64,000 bases of DNA from assembly GCA_964641455.1 (NCBI GenBank), contig CAZXLH010000003.1, forward strand, positions 8,592 to 72,591, in the 5' to 3' direction. Position 1 is the stretch's first letter; each line of letters opens with the position of its first letter. Source of the stretch: an uncultured Eubacteriales bacterium. GTDB lineage: Bacteria > Bacillota > Sulfobacillia > Fermentithermobacillales > Fermentithermobacillaceae. The notes under the pieces were generated by a model. The model did no database searches. It had not been told where the DNA came from and was given only the letters and a program-made list of their open reading frames with translations. Below, piece after piece: positions 1 to 10,752 of this stretch. The position numbers and the translations under genes were made by a program.

Positions 1-253
1 TGGAATAATTGCGCTTTCCAGGTTCAATTGAAGCCAGGTTTACAAAATAAGGGGCATGGATAATGAGTGGCCCTATTTGGTGCTCGTGAAATAACTGCCT
101 CATCTTGGCAACATCACTTGCAACCAATTTTTTGGCTTTTCCGCCCCGAGGGCTGCGAGAGAATATCTGTACCGTCTCGCAACCCAACTCAATAGCGGCC
201 TGAGCCATTTTTCCCATTCCACCCTGTATTGAAAGGTGAACGCCAAATCTCAT
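1..253 (-). CDS. nfo: Endonuclease IV (deoxyribonuclease IV), 5' part; runs off the window edge
   Basis: Not in the ORF track. My translation from the ATG at 253 gives MRFGVHLSIQGG...VQIFSRSPRG...IIHAPYFVNLAS, which has the GxHxSI, QIF and HAPY motifs of EndoIV. The ATG lies just after the pnp stop. Confidence 0.9.
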   Translation of the reverse strand, partial: MRFGVHLSIQGGMGKMAQAAIELGCETVQIFSRSPRGGKAKKLVASDVAKMRQLFHEHQIGPLIIHAPYFVNLASIEPGKRNYS

Positions 254-257
254 TTGA

Positions 258-2411
258 CTACCTGTTCCTCTTGTTCTTTCTTGAGTTACTTCTGAACTTG
301 TTGTATTTGTTACGTCCTCTGTCGGACCGGTTACTTGAACCTTCGATACGGGTTGTAAGATTGATTCTTCCCAAATGATCGATTTCTGCTACTTTGACCA
401 GAAACTCATCGCCAATTTCGACTTTGTCTGCATTAACCTTACCCAAATCATTTGTGCGAACCAAACCGTCTTTACCCGGAAGAACCTCAACAAACACTCC
501 AAAAGGAGCAATCCTCGTGACTTTCCCCATGTAGGTGTTGCCGACTTCGACTTCCTCGGTAATCTTCTCTACAATCTGTTTTGCCCTTAACCCTGTTTCT
601 TCATCAGTTGATGCTATGAACACCCGGCCATCCTGCTCAATGTCGATCTTAACACCGGTTTCGTTGGTGATCTTGTTGATGGTCTTGCCGCCTGGGCCTA
701 TAACATCCCTTATCTTGTCAGGATCAATCTCCACAATAATGATTCTCGGAGCATAAGGCGACAGTTCTTCTCTGGGTTTGTCAATAGTCTGCAAGACTTT
801 CTGCAATATGAACATACGCGCTGCTTTCGCTTTCTTAAGCGCCGTTTGCAGAACCTCCCGGGTTACGCCCGATGTTTTAATATCCATTTGCAGGGCGGTA
901 ATTCCGTCTTCAGTTCCTGCAACTTTGAAATCCATATCACCCAAGGCATCTTCCATGCCTTGAATATCGGTAAGTATTACTTGCTTGTCGTCCCCTTTGA
1001 CAAGCCCCATGGCAATTCCCGCTACAGGCGATTTAATAGGAACTCCTGCGTCCATGAGAGACAAAGTGCTTCCACAAATTGAAGCCATGGAAGAAGAACC
1101 GTTAGATTCAAGCACTTCCGAAACAACCCTGATAGTATATGGGAACTCTTCTTCGCCGGGTATAACAGGCAAAAGAGCTCTCTCGGCAAGAGCACCGTGG
1201 CCAATCTCACGACGGCCCGGGCCTCTTAATGGCCGGGTCTCCCCTACCGAAAAAGGAGGGAAGTTGTAGTGGTGAATATAACGTTTGAACTCTTCCAAAC
1301 CGGTAGTATCCAGTTCTTGAATATCGCTGGTAGCTCCAAGTGTTGCTATACTGAGAACCTGGGTCTGGCCCCTGGTAAAAAGCCCTGATCCGTGAACACG
1401 GGGGATAATACCGGCTTCACAACTCACCGGCCTAATCTCATCAGGCCTTCTGAAGTCCGGCCTGACCTCTTCATTGAGTATCATGGCCCTGACTTCCCGC
1501 CTCAGAATATCATGAAATGCTTCGCCTATTTCATCTTCACGCTCAGGAAACTCCTCAGAAATCTGTTCAAATACTTCCTCGAGGACACCATCAATGGCTT
1601 CTTCTCTTTCGAGCTTATCCTTAATCCTGATAGCTTGCTGAAGTTTAGGGGTAGCGACTTCATCAACTCTGGCTGCTATGTCTTCAGCCGGAATAAAGAG
1701 CACAGGTTCCATCTTGGGTTTTCCGATTTCCTCTACTATCTGTTCCTGAACTGCCACTATCTGTTTTATTACTTCATGGCCTTTCATTATGGCATCTACA
1801 ATTACATCCTCAGAAACCTCATTGGCGCCTGCTTCCACCATCAATATAGCATCTTTGGTTCCGGCAACCGTAAGCGTAAGTTCGCTTTCCTCAGTTTGTT
1901 TTACAGTAGGATTCATAATGAACTCACCGTCGACGAGGCCTACCTCTACAGCTCCTACAGGCCCATTAAAAGGAATATCGCTTACTGACAACGCTGCCGA
2001 AGCACCGATCATGCCTGCAATTTCCGGGGAATAATCATGGTCTATTGCAAGAGGTATGATTACTATCTGTACATCATTGCGAAAACCTCTTGGAAAAAGT
2101 GGCCTAAGAGGCCTATCTGTCACCCTCGCTTGCAATATGGATTTCTCAGGCGGCCTGCCCTCGCGCCTTCCCCAGCTTCCGGGAATACGGCCTACTGCAT
2201 ACAGCCTTTCCTCAACGTCTACAGTGAGAGGGAAAAAATCTACACCTTCCCGTGGTTCCTTTGATGCAGTTGCAGTCACCAAAATGGTAGTGTCTCCGTG
2301 CTTGACGACTACCGATCCGTTGGCCTGCCTTGCTACTTTGCCAAATTCCAGTACTAAAGGCTTGCTGTTTACCTCCAATGAATATCGTTTAAACCCATCC
2401 AATAAATACAC
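258..2411 (-). CDS. pnp: Polyribonucleotide nucleotidyltransferase (PNPase)
   Basis: Two RNase PH domains ([31 protein letters not shown]) followed by KH (VIGPGGK) and S1 domains; downstream of rpsO. The true start may be the TTG at 2402. Confidence 0.98.
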   Translation of the reverse strand: MYLLDGFKRYSLEVNSKPLVLEFGKVARQANGSVVVKHGDTTILVTATASKEPREGVDFFPLTVDVEERLYAVGRIPGSWGRREGRPPEKSILQARVTDRPLRPLFPRGFRNDVQIVIIPLAIDHDYSPEIAGMIGASAALSVSDIPFNGPVGAVEVGLVDGEFIMNPTVKQTEESELTLTVAGTKDAILMVEAGANEVSEDVIVDAIMKGHEVIKQIVAVQEQIVEEIGKPKMEPVLFIPAEDIAARVDEVATPKLQQAIRIKDKLEREEAIDGVLEEVFEQISEEFPEREDEIGEAFHDILRREVRAMILNEEVRPDFRRPDEIRPVSCEAGIIPRVHGSGLFTRGQTQVLSIATLGATSDIQELDTTGLEEFKRYIHHYNFPPFSVGETRPLRGPGRREIGHGALAERALLPVIPGEEEFPYTIRVVSEVLESNGSSSMASICGSTLSLMDAGVPIKSPVAGIAMGLVKGDDKQVILTDIQGMEDALGDMDFKVAGTEDGITALQMDIKTSGVTREVLQTALKKAKAARMFILQKVLQTIDKPREELSPYAPRIIIVEIDPDKIRDVIGPGGKTINKITNETGVKIDIEQDGRVFIASTDEETGLRAKQIVEKITEEVEVGNTYMGKVTRIAPFGVFVEVLPGKDGLVRTNDLGKVNADKVEIGDEFLVKVAEIDHLGRINLTTRIEGSSNRSDRGRNKYNKFRSNSRKNKRNR

Positions 2412-2428
2412 TTCCTTTCACTTTCCCG

Positions 2429-2698
2429 CTAACCTCTCAAGCCAAGTCTCTGCACTATAGCCCTGTAACGCTCAGGAGACTCCCGATAGAGGTAATTTAA
2501 GAGTGCACGACGTTGTCCGACCATTTTCAAAAGGCCTCTTCGGCTATGATGATCCGTCTTGTGAACTTTCAAATGCTCTGTCAAATACGAAATTCTCTTT
2601 GTCAAAAGTGCAATTTGAACCTCTGGAGAGCCTGTGTCATTTTCGTGGCGTTTGAACTCATCAATAATGGCTTTTTTTGTGGCAGAATCAAATGTCAA
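2429..2698 (-). CDS. rpsO: 30S ribosomal protein S15
   Basis: [13 protein letters not shown]...[19 protein letters not shown] signature. Confidence 0.99.
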   Translation of the reverse strand: MTFDSATKKAIIDEFKRHENDTGSPEVQIALLTKRISYLTEHLKVHKTDHHSRRGLLKMVGQRRALLNYLYRESPERYRAIVQRLGLRG

Positions 2699-2726
2699 TT
2701 AGAACACCTCCAAGTTTTGTAGCTAC

Positions 2727-2776
2727 ACCTTGAACCCAGCACTGCGCCGGAGGTACACCGAGCCGAGTCTCAAGGT
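2727..2776 (-). promoter_or_regulatory. Ribosomal protein S15 autoregulatory leader (Bacillota type)
   Basis: The minus strand reads ACCTTGA-GA-CTCGGC-TCGG-TGTACCT-CCGG-CGCA-GT-GCTGGG-T-TCAAGGT. This forms nested stems just upstream of the rpsO RBS, matching the known S15 leader architecture. Confidence 0.7.
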
Positions 2777-3777
2777 AGATTAGCATAGAAAATTCTATCA
2801 TAGGCTTCTATGTGTGTAAATGAATTCCTGCCAGGGAATCCCATACCACACGTACCCAGAAACGATAAAGCAGTTTGTATATCTGTCTTTATCTGCTTTT
2901 TCAAAATCTCTTTACTCTCGAATTTCCGTTCTTCCCTAATATGCTTCATAAAGAACACTTGCATACGCTCACCGTACAGTTGTCCGCAAAACCCCGGGAC
3001 ATGCACTTCCAACCTGACATGTTCCCCGCCAAACGTAGGCCTCACCCCTACGTTTGCCACAGCAGGCTCAAGTTCTCGCCCACAGCCCCGGACCCATACT
3101 GCATAAACACCGTTCTTAGGCATTAGTTTGTCAGCAGGAAAAGATACATTTGACGTTGGCGTGCCCATTTGCCTGCCACGGCCATCGCCACGGACAATTG
3201 GCCCATAAACGCAATAGGGCCGTCCCAGAAGCCGGCCGGCCTCTTCTACGTCACCGGCTCCAAGCAGCTGCCTAATCCTTGTGCTTGAAACTACTTTACC
3301 GCCGACTTTATACGGCGGCACAACTTCTACTTCAAAACCCATTTCCTCGCCAAATTCCATAAGGCGCTCAGGGGTTCCCTGCCTTTTGTAACCAAAACCA
3401 AAGTTGAACCCACATACAACGAGATTTGCCTTGATTTGAGTTCTAAGGTAATTGCCGGCAAACTCCCTGGGAGACATTCTGGATACGTCTTTGGTAAAAG
3501 GTATTGCCCAGAAATAATCTACCCCAAGGCCCTCAAGAAGAGCCTTCTTCTCGTCCAAAGGCGTAATCAAGGTTGCATACCTGCTCTTAGACCTGGTCAG
3601 GCTCTTAGGGTGCGGATGGAACGTTACTGCAATGACCGGCAGGTTAACTTCCTCCTTGATTGCCAGAGCCTTCTTGAAAAGTTGCCTATGGCCGAGATGT
3701 ACTCCATCAAACGCACCGATGGCTGCAATTGTATTGTGTGATTGTAAATCGATCCATGGTCTGACTACGGTCTTCAA
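2770..3777 (-). CDS. ribF: Bifunctional riboflavin kinase/FAD synthetase
   Basis: GAFDGVHLGH, VSSTRIR, GDGRGRQMGTPTSN and NVGVRPT motifs. Confidence 0.97.
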   Translation of the reverse strand: MKTVVRPWIDLQSHNTIAAIGAFDGVHLGHRQLFKKALAIKEEVNLPVIAVTFHPHPKSLTRSKSRYATLITPLDEKKALLEGLGVDYFWAIPFTKDVSRMSPREFAGNYLRTQIKANLVVCGFNFGFGYKRQGTPERLMEFGEEMGFEVEVVPPYKVGGKVVSSTRIRQLLGAGDVEEAGRLLGRPYCVYGPIVRGDGRGRQMGTPTSNVSFPADKLMPKNGVYAVWVRGCGRELEPAVANVGVRPTFGGEHVRLEVHVPGFCGQLYGERMQVFFMKHIREERKFESKEILKKQIKTDIQTALSFLGTCGMGFPGRNSFTHIEAYDRIFYANLP

Positions 3778-3783
3778 TGGGCA

Positions 3784-4758
3784 TCACTCTTCCCGAATCA
3801 ATACTTTCTCATATTTGATTCTATACGATTTGTCTTCATCCATGGCAACAGAAAGTACACAAGCTATGTCTTGACGTTGGGCAGAACTGTCTGAATAAAC
3901 CCCGACCAATATATCTTTTTTGCCGCAATCATTTTTACGCGGGCGGTTTAGCCAAGCCTCAATACTTTCAGGTTCCTGAAAAGCGCTGGGATCAAGTGGC
4001 TTTCCATGTATTACGCAAGAAATTGCATCCGGCTTAAGCTCAAACAACGGAAAATCTGCAAAAACATTGTATGGGCTTAAAAGCACATCTTCCAATTGGA
4101 ATTTGAGCAGCCTGTTCTGCAAAGAAGACATAAGCAAAGCGTCTTTTAGCATGAATCTGCCTACCCTTGTCCGTAAGAGATATGAAACTGTAGCACCGCA
4201 ACCCAACTCTGCGCCCAAATCAGTAGCAAGAGTTCTAACATATGTGCCTCGCCCTACCCTAAGAGAGAAAACGCCTTTAGGGTAAGGCCCACGGCGCCAG
4301 TGCAAAAGGCGAAATTCATGAACATTCACCTTACGTTCAGGTGGCTTTACCGGTATACCCTGCCTGGCAAGCTTATGAAGCCTTTGCCCCTTGACTTGCA
4401 CTGCAGAATACGCAGGTGGAATTTGCCTGATGACACCTGTGTATTTGGGCAGCAAACTTACAACCTTGGACGCTTCTAAATGAGGACATGGCTTCTTTGA
4501 AATAATTCCTCCGTCTAAATCGCAGGTATCAGTGGAAATTCCAAATGTAAACTCAGCCAGATACTCCTTATCCTGATCCAGCAGGTATTCAGAAAGACGT
4601 GTATATGAACCTAACGCTACAGGTAACACGCCCTGGGCCATTGGATCCAAAGTACCCAGATGGCCCGCTCTTTTCTGGCTGAATATTCGCCTTACCTCAA
4701 GAACCACATCGTGAGAGGTAACGCCTTTAGGCTTCAAAACATTTAAGAATCCGTACAT
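3784..4758 (-). CDS. truB: tRNA pseudouridine(55) synthase
   Basis: GHLGTLDPMAQGVL, PPAYSA and GTYVRTLA motifs. Confidence 0.97.
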   Translation of the reverse strand: MYGFLNVLKPKGVTSHDVVLEVRRIFSQKRAGHLGTLDPMAQGVLPVALGSYTRLSEYLLDQDKEYLAEFTFGISTDTCDLDGGIISKKPCPHLEASKVVSLLPKYTGVIRQIPPAYSAVQVKGQRLHKLARQGIPVKPPERKVNVHEFRLLHWRRGPYPKGVFSLRVGRGTYVRTLATDLGAELGCGATVSYLLRTRVGRFMLKDALLMSSLQNRLLKFQLEDVLLSPYNVFADFPLFELKPDAISCVIHGKPLDPSAFQEPESIEAWLNRPRKNDCGKKDILVGVYSDSSAQRQDIACVLSVAMDEDKSYRIKYEKVLIREE

Positions 4759-5750
4759 ATTCCCAACTCATCTAAGACCCTAAATACCCGGGCTTTGACT
4801 TGTTCCAAAGTTCCCTCTAAAACTACGCCTGCAGCCCTTGGATGGCCACCGCCGCCCAAGGAAACAGCAACTTCCGATACATCCACCTTCGACCTGGACC
4901 TCAGGCTCACATGTATACCCGTTCTCTTTTTACTTTCCTTGAAACACACAGCAACTTCGACCCCTGCAATGGCACGGGGATAATTGATTATTGAGTCTGC
5001 ATCTTCATATACTGCCCCTACATCTTCCATCATCTTGGCCGTTACTTCTATTGAAGCAAGTTTTCCGCCTCTATGCACCCTTAACGTGTTAAGGGATTCC
5101 CGGATAAGCAATATTGACGAAAGGCTCCTGGTTTCATAGAGGTAGTCTGCCACTTGTGACGGGTTAACCCCTAAGTCGACTAGCGCAGCAGCAACGTGAA
5201 AACATCTTGGGCTGGTATTCTGATATCTGAAACTCCCTGTATCACTTACCAACGCCGCATACAGGCAGGTTGCAACATCACTGCCAATCTCTGCACCCAT
5301 AGCCTTGAGCAAAAAGAATACCAGCTCTCCGGTAGCAGCAGCATCAGGGTCCACTAAATTAACGTCACCGAATCCGGAATTGGACACATGATGATCAATA
5401 TTTATCCAGATTGTGTTTCCGGCAAACTGTAATGCGTTGCCGGCCCTCTCAGGATCAGTGCAATCCAAAAACACTGTAAGATCCGGGCCGATATCTTCCG
5501 GTTCCACAGTTGAAGTTGTTACATGTAGATGGCTTCCGGGCAAGAAGTCATAAGCGGCAGGATGAGGATCTTGAGAAAGCAGCAACACCTGCTTGTCAAG
5601 AGATGAAAGAACCAGGGCAAGCGCAAGGCCTGAACCTATGCAGTCGCCATCCGGTTTTTCGTGTTCCAAAATCAAGATCCTATTGCTCGCACCTATAACC
5701 GCCGCTATCTGCTTAAAAACTTGCTTATGAGGAATTACTCCCCTGACCAT
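4743..5750 (-). CDS. nrnA: DHH/DHHA1 phosphoesterase (nanoRNase/pAp phosphatase type)
   Basis: PDGDCIGS, IDHH, DTGSF and GGGHPRAAG motifs; usual position between rbfA and truB. Confidence 0.88.
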   Translation of the reverse strand: MVRGVIPHKQVFKQIAAVIGASNRILILEHEKPDGDCIGSGLALALVLSSLDKQVLLLSQDPHPAAYDFLPGSHLHVTTSTVEPEDIGPDLTVFLDCTDPERAGNALQFAGNTIWINIDHHVSNSGFGDVNLVDPDAAATGELVFFLLKAMGAEIGSDVATCLYAALVSDTGSFRYQNTSPRCFHVAAALVDLGVNPSQVADYLYETRSLSSILLIRESLNTLRVHRGGKLASIEVTAKMMEDVGAVYEDADSIINYPRAIAGVEVAVCFKESKKRTGIHVSLRSRSKVDVSEVAVSLGGGGHPRAAGVVLEGTLEQVKARVFRVLDELGICTDS

Positions 5751-5792
5751 CGCTTCCTGGCTCCTCTATTCTCATTCGGGCAATTCTCAGGA

Positions 5793-6158
5793 TTACTCCT
5801 CTTGCTTAGGCTCACTTTCAGACTTCTTTATCTCCGAAAGCAGTTTCGACACCCGCATGCTGTATTCGATACCTTCATCAAGAACAAACTGTAACTCGGG
5901 AGCATATCTTATACCTAATGCTTTTGAAATTTCGGACCTGATAAGGCCTTGTGCACTCTTGAAACCTTCCATGGTTCTTTTCTTGTCTTCGTCAGAACCC
6001 AATACGCTAACGTATATCTTGGCCAACGACAAATCTCTGTTAACTTCCACGTTGACAATACTGGCAAATCCTATTCGCGGATCTTTAAGCCGTCGTAACA
6101 TCAGCTCTGACACAATCTCACGAATTGATGCTGCAATCCTCTCTTGTCTTTGTGCCAC
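5793..6158 (-). CDS. rbfA: Ribosome-binding factor A
   Basis: LKDPRIG...DLSLAKIYVS...IRYAPELQFVLD. Start taken as the GTG at 6158; the ORF track extends to 6191. Confidence 0.95.
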   Translation of the reverse strand: MAQRQERIAASIREIVSELMLRRLKDPRIGFASIVNVEVNRDLSLAKIYVSVLGSDEDKKRTMEGFKSAQGLIRSEISKALGIRYAPELQFVLDEGIEYSMRVSKLLSEIKKSESEPKQEE

Positions 6159-6174
6159 GAGCACCACCCCACAG

Positions 6175-6462
6175 TCATGTAATAATGTCAATTTGGAAGT
6201 TCAAGACCAGGCCATCAATGTTGTTCTCAATCCATAAAACAGCCCTTTGCAGCACTTCCGTCACATGGCTTCCTTGGTTGGAAACGAAAGCCATGCCTAC
6301 AAGGGCTCTGCCCCAAGTATCATTAGCCCCTACTTCCGCACAGGACAAGCCGAACTTCTGCCGTAATCTCGTAATAAGGCTGCTCATAACCCGCCGCTTC
6401 TCTTTCAACGAGTGAACTCCAAAAAGCCTTATATCCACCAAGCACTGCCCTACTATCATCAT
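6175..6462 (-). CDS. ylxP: DUF503 / YlxP family protein
   Basis: SLKEKRRV..SL..RLRQKF..S.AEV motif; located between infB and rbfA. Confidence 0.88.
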   Translation of the reverse strand: MMIVGQCLVDIRLFGVHSLKEKRRVMSSLITRLRQKFGLSCAEVGANDTWGRALVGMAFVSNQGSHVTEVLQRAVLWIENNIDGLVLNFQIDIIT

Positions 6463-6516
6463 ACAACTCCATGTACCACATCATTTGCCTGACTTCCAAC
6501 AACCCTGAATCGGAAT

Positions 6517-8655
6517 TTAGGCCGGTTTTACCTCTTTCATAACAAACACTTCTATTACGTCTCCCGGTTTTATATCTTGATACCGTTCAAGCCCGATACC
6601 ACATTCATAACCCTGGGCGACCTCAGAAACATCATCCTTAAACCGCTTTAGAGAAGAAATTTTGCCCTCATATATGATTCTTCCGTCTCTCACAAGCCTG
6701 ACACCTGCGCCACGGGTCACCTTACCGCTCGTAACATAGCAACCTGCCACAGTGCCGACATTGGGTACGTGGAAAGTATCTCTGACCTCCACCCTTCCCA
6801 CCAAAACTTCCTTGAATTTAGGCTTAACCAGGCCTTTGAGCATGTTTTCGACATCTTCAATAAGTTCGTATATGATTCTGTAAGTTCTAATCTCAACGTT
6901 TTCGAACTCGGCTACACTTCTCGCATTAGCGTCAGGCCTTACGTTGAACCCAAGAATCTTTGCCCCGGATGCCTTGGCCAGCATTACGTCTGACTCAATT
7001 ACGGCGCCAACGCCGGAATGAAGAATTTCCATCCTCACTTCACCTTTTTTGATTTTGCCAAGGGCTTGTAAAATTGCTTCAAGAGATCCCTGGACGTCGC
7101 TTTTTATGATTAACTTGAGTTCGCGCATTTCTTCTTCCTCTTGCATCTTAAGAAAATCCTCAAGGCTCATTGTACTCACAGACATTTCTTGTTCGCGTCT
7201 TTCAAGTTTCCGCTTTTCTGTAACCTGTTTCGCGGTTTTTTCATCGTCCACGACAAGGAAAGTATCTCCCGCCTGGGCAAGTTGTTCAAGGCCAACCAGT
7301 TCAACAGGCGTTGAAGGCCCTGCTTTTTGCACTTGCTTACCTCTTCCGTCATACATGGCCCTAATGCGCCCCCAGGTAGTATCCGTTATAACTACGTGGC
7401 CTACCTCGAGAACTCCCGACCTGACAATGCCTGTAGCAACAGGCCCTCGCCCTTTGTCCATCTCAGACTCAATGATATAGCCTCTGGCCTTCCGCGTAGG
7501 ATCAGCCTTTAGTTCTTGCATCTCAGCCACAAGCGACACCATCTCGAGAAGTTCATCTATTCCCTGCCTTGTTTTCGCCGATACCTCAACAACAACAGTT
7601 TCTCCTCCCCATTCCTCAGGTACGAGCCCAATCTCAGTGAGCTGCTGTTTTACCCGATCTGGCTTGGCTCCAGGCTTATCAATCTTGTTGACAGCTACAA
7701 TAACGGGTACCTCTGCTGCCTTGGCATGGTTAGCAGCTTCAATTGTCTGGGGCATAACCCCATCATCAGCTGCAACTACAAGCACTGCAACATCAGTAAT
7801 CTTCGCACCTCTCGCCCTCATCTGGGTAAATGCCTCGTGGCCTGGGGTATCAAGGAAAATGAGTTTTCTGTCTTCATGCCGAACCAGGGAAGCTCCTATG
7901 TGCTGTGTAATTCCGCCTGCTTCTCTCGCAGTTACGTTTGTATCTCTTATGGCATCCAACAGAGATGTCTTACCATGATCAACGTGGCCCATAACAGTAA
8001 CAACAGGCGGCCTTGGCTCAGCCTTATCAGGATCGTCAGGCTTGCCCAATTCAAGAGCGATCTTCTCTTCTACGGTTTTTTCCGGTTGTTTTACAGTTAC
8101 CGCACAGCCAAGTTTCTCAGCCACTTTACAGGCTAATTCCTCAGGAACATTCTCATTGATGCTTACCAGAGCCCCAAAACCCATCAAGGTCCGCTGTACG
8201 GTGCTAACCGGCACACCGATCAACGTTGCCAATTCCCTTACCGGGGTATCTCCTTGGATAACCACACGCCTGGCTCCAATCACAAGCTTACTTGGCTTGC
8301 GATTGGATCTGGTTCTTGGTTTATGGCCTCCTCTGCCACCCTTTCGGGACGTTCTGCGGCCACGCCCTTTTCTATCCCGTCTCTCATTCCCTTGTGAATT
8401 ATTTTCATTGCGCGTACTACCGGTTTTTTCCTGAGGTTTGTCCCTCGTAACCGTAGTTCGTGCTGATTTCTGTCTGTTTTCGGAACGGCTCTTTGCGGCC
8501 GATAGCTTTCGTCTGACATCTTGGCATATGGCTTCATCCAAAGCCGCCATATGGTTCTTTATCTCAATTCCCATTTCGTTCAAATTGGCGATCAAAACCT
8601 TTGAATCCAGTCCAAGTTGCCTTGCAAGCTCATAAACACGGATGCGTTTTGCCAT
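6517..8655 (-). CDS. infB: Translation initiation factor IF-2
   Basis: RVYELA N-terminus, [20 protein letters not shown] and the C-terminal LKRFKDDV motif. Confidence 0.99.
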   Translation of the reverse strand: MAKRIRVYELARQLGLDSKVLIANLNEMGIEIKNHMAALDEAICQDVRRKLSAAKSRSENRQKSARTTVTRDKPQEKTGSTRNENNSQGNERRDRKGRGRRTSRKGGRGGHKPRTRSNRKPSKLVIGARRVVIQGDTPVRELATLIGVPVSTVQRTLMGFGALVSINENVPEELACKVAEKLGCAVTVKQPEKTVEEKIALELGKPDDPDKAEPRPPVVTVMGHVDHGKTSLLDAIRDTNVTAREAGGITQHIGASLVRHEDRKLIFLDTPGHEAFTQMRARGAKITDVAVLVVAADDGVMPQTIEAANHAKAAEVPVIVAVNKIDKPGAKPDRVKQQLTEIGLVPEEWGGETVVVEVSAKTRQGIDELLEMVSLVAEMQELKADPTRKARGYIIESEMDKGRGPVATGIVRSGVLEVGHVVITDTTWGRIRAMYDGRGKQVQKAGPSTPVELVGLEQLAQAGDTFLVVDDEKTAKQVTEKRKLERREQEMSVSTMSLEDFLKMQEEEEMRELKLIIKSDVQGSLEAILQALGKIKKGEVRMEILHSGVGAVIESDVMLAKASGAKILGFNVRPDANARSVAEFENVEIRTYRIIYELIEDVENMLKGLVKPKFKEVLVGRVEVRDTFHVPNVGTVAGCYVTSGKVTRGAGVRLVRDGRIIYEGKISSLKRFKDDVSEVAQGYECGIGLERYQDIKPGDVIEVFVMKEVKPA

Positions 8656-8669
8656 CCGAAATCACCTCC

Positions 8670-8957
8670 TCACTCCAAACTTCCCTCATACTCAAATATA
8701 GAGCGTTCTAACTCTGCTATCAAAGAAGAGGATGGTTCCACACCCAGGGCCTTGCCTAAGCGCTGCTTTTTCACCATTTGCCTGAAGCAGCGTTCGCTGG
8801 GGCAAACGTAAGCACCTCGGCCTGCCTTCTTACCTGTAGGGTCTAACTCCACCTTGCCGTCTAAAGTTCGGACAATTCTGATCATCTCTCGTTTCGGCTT
8901 TACCCTCTGACACCCCAGACAGGTTCTTTGAGGCAGTTTCTTGAGCACGGTTACCAC
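8670..8957 (-). CDS. ylxR: YlxR (DUF448) RNA-binding protein
   Basis: PQRTCLGC...GRGAYVC motif, directly after nusA. Confidence 0.93.
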   Translation of the reverse strand: MVTVLKKLPQRTCLGCQRVKPKREMIRIVRTLDGKVELDPTGKKAGRGAYVCPSERCFRQMVKKQRLGKALGVEPSSSLIAELERSIFEYEGSLE

Positions 8958-8987
8958 CCCTATTCAAGTTAAATTCAATTTTGAATT

Positions 8988-10004
8988 TTACATATTGCGC
9001 TCAGACCTAATATCAATCTTCCAACCGGTAAGCTTAGCTGCAAGCCTGGCGTTTTGCCCGTCACGCCCAATTGCCAAAGACAGTTGATTGTCAGGGACTA
9101 TTACCCTCGCTATTTTATCCGTGTGATTCGCCTCTACACGCAGTACTCTTGCAGGACTCAAAGCATTGCCCACAAATACCTGAGGGTCATCGTCCCACTC
9201 TATGATATCTATCCTTTCTCCGCGAAGCTCTTGGACAATTACCTGGACTCGCGAACCCCTGGGCCCTACGCAAGCTCCAAGAGCGTCAACTTCAGGAAGA
9301 TTAGCCTTTACAGCCACTTTTGATCTTGAGCCTGCTTCACGTGCCATACCCTTTATCTCAACAACTCCGTCTCTGATCTCGGGCACCTCCAGTTCAAGTA
9401 GCCTTTTCAACAACCCAGGATGGGTTCTTGAAAGCAAAATCTGCGGGCCCTTGGTAGTCTTTTTCACCTCAAGAACATAAGACTTGATCCTGTCTCGTTC
9501 ACGATATCTTTCGCCTCTGGGCTGTTCCTGAGACAAAATAAAACCTTCCGCTCTTCCCAAGTCAACAATAACCACGCCTCTGTCGACGCGAATTATCTGG
9601 CCTGTAACTACGTCTCCTTCCCGCTCGGAAAACTCGTCATAGATCATATCCCGTTCTATATCACGAAGTTTCTGCATTACTACCTGTTTTGCAGTCTGGG
9701 CAGCAATTCTGCCGAAACCTTGAGCAGGAATCTCTTCTTCTACGTAATCTCCCTCTTGGTACTTAGCGCTAATGTTTTTAGCTTCGCTAATTAAAATATC
9801 CCTTTGAGGGTCTCTTACATCAGATACAACTTGACGGCGGGAGAGGACCTTAATGTTCCCAGTCTCCCGGTCGAATTGTATTCTTACATTTTCAGTTGTG
9901 CCAGAATGCTTACGATAAGCTGACAAAAGAGCAGCTTCCATAGCCTCTATAAGATCGTCTTTTGAAATGCCTCGTTCTCGCTCGAGTTGATCCAAGGCAC
10001 TCAT
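8988..10004 (-). CDS. nusA: Transcription termination/antitermination factor NusA
   Basis: [24 protein letters not shown] and [23 protein letters not shown] motifs. Confidence 0.99.
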   Translation of the reverse strand: MSALDQLERERGISKDDLIEAMEAALLSAYRKHSGTTENVRIQFDRETGNIKVLSRRQVVSDVRDPQRDILISEAKNISAKYQEGDYVEEEIPAQGFGRIAAQTAKQVVMQKLRDIERDMIYDEFSEREGDVVTGQIIRVDRGVVIVDLGRAEGFILSQEQPRGERYRERDRIKSYVLEVKKTTKGPQILLSRTHPGLLKRLLELEVPEIRDGVVEIKGMAREAGSRSKVAVKANLPEVDALGACVGPRGSRVQVIVQELRGERIDIIEWDDDPQVFVGNALSPARVLRVEANHTDKIARVIVPDNQLSLAIGRDGQNARLAAKLTGWKIDIRSERNM

Positions 10005-10042
10005 AATTTCCCCGTTAATTCCTCCCGCCCCCTTTCTAGCCG

Positions 10043-10531
10043 TTAAAACGGTTTTTCCCGGTAAACCAGTTGAACTTTACTTACCATCGCCCTGGGCAAC
10101 GCTATCTCTTCATTTTCGGCCCTGATAACTACCGTTTGTTCACCGGAGGAATCTCCGAGCCCTAGGAGAATCCCCTCAAAGGTTCGCTTACCGTTAACAG
10201 GCCCGTAGAGATTTACCCTGCAAAGCCTCCCGCTGAAGATCTGATACTCCTTGTCTCTCTTCAGTCTCCTTTCCAGCCCAGGTGAAGATACTTCAAGGTT
10301 GTAGCTGCCAGGGATAGGATCCAATTCATCAAGTATCGGGCCAACAGTTCTGTCTACCGCTACACAATCATCCAGAGTAACCCCGTCCGGTTCATATATA
10401 GTCACACGCAAAATTGTTCTTCCCTCTTCAGATGTAAACTCAACGTCCAGCAATTCAAGCCCCATATTTTCAATTATAGGTTCAAAAGTTTCAAACAGAT
10501 TGTCTAGTATTTGCTTACGGCTCACATTCAT
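10043..10531 (-). CDS. rimP: Ribosome maturation factor RimP
   Basis: YNLEVSSPGLERRL motif; first gene of the nusA-infB operon. Start taken at the ATG at 10531. Confidence 0.95.
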   Translation of the reverse strand: MNVSRKQILDNLFETFEPIIENMGLELLDVEFTSEEGRTILRVTIYEPDGVTLDDCVAVDRTVGPILDELDPIPGSYNLEVSSPGLERRLKRDKEYQIFSGRLCRVNLYGPVNGKRTFEGILLGLGDSSGEQTVVIRAENEEIALPRAMVSKVQLVYREKPF

Positions 10532-10550
10532 CACCCCGACAACATACAAA

Positions 10551-10578
10551 GAGTGGGTTTTTTGACCAAAACCCACTC
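10551..10578 (-). promoter_or_regulatory. rimP leader hairpin (GAGTGGG...CCCACTC followed by TTT)
   Basis: Inverted repeat GAGTGGGTTTT/AAAACCCACTC just upstream of rimP; a similar hairpin is typical of Bacillota rimP leaders. Confidence 0.6.
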
Positions 10579-10628
10579 CGACAGAATCTCCTCGATGTGT
10601 AAAGTACTTTTGATATTGTGCTTAATCC

Positions 10629-10658
10629 AGTATAGCATAGGCTTTATAACTCTCGCAA
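10629..10658 (-). promoter_or_regulatory. Putative sigmaA promoter of the rimP operon
   Basis: Minus strand TTGCGA-N18-TATACT with an extended TG. Confidence 0.45.
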
Positions 10659-10752
10659 ATGATTGGCTGCAACCGGTAACCTGCCTTTCGGATCAAGTAC
10701 AGACGGGTATTAACCTGCCAGGCCCAATTGGATTGAGCCTGGCTTTTGTACG

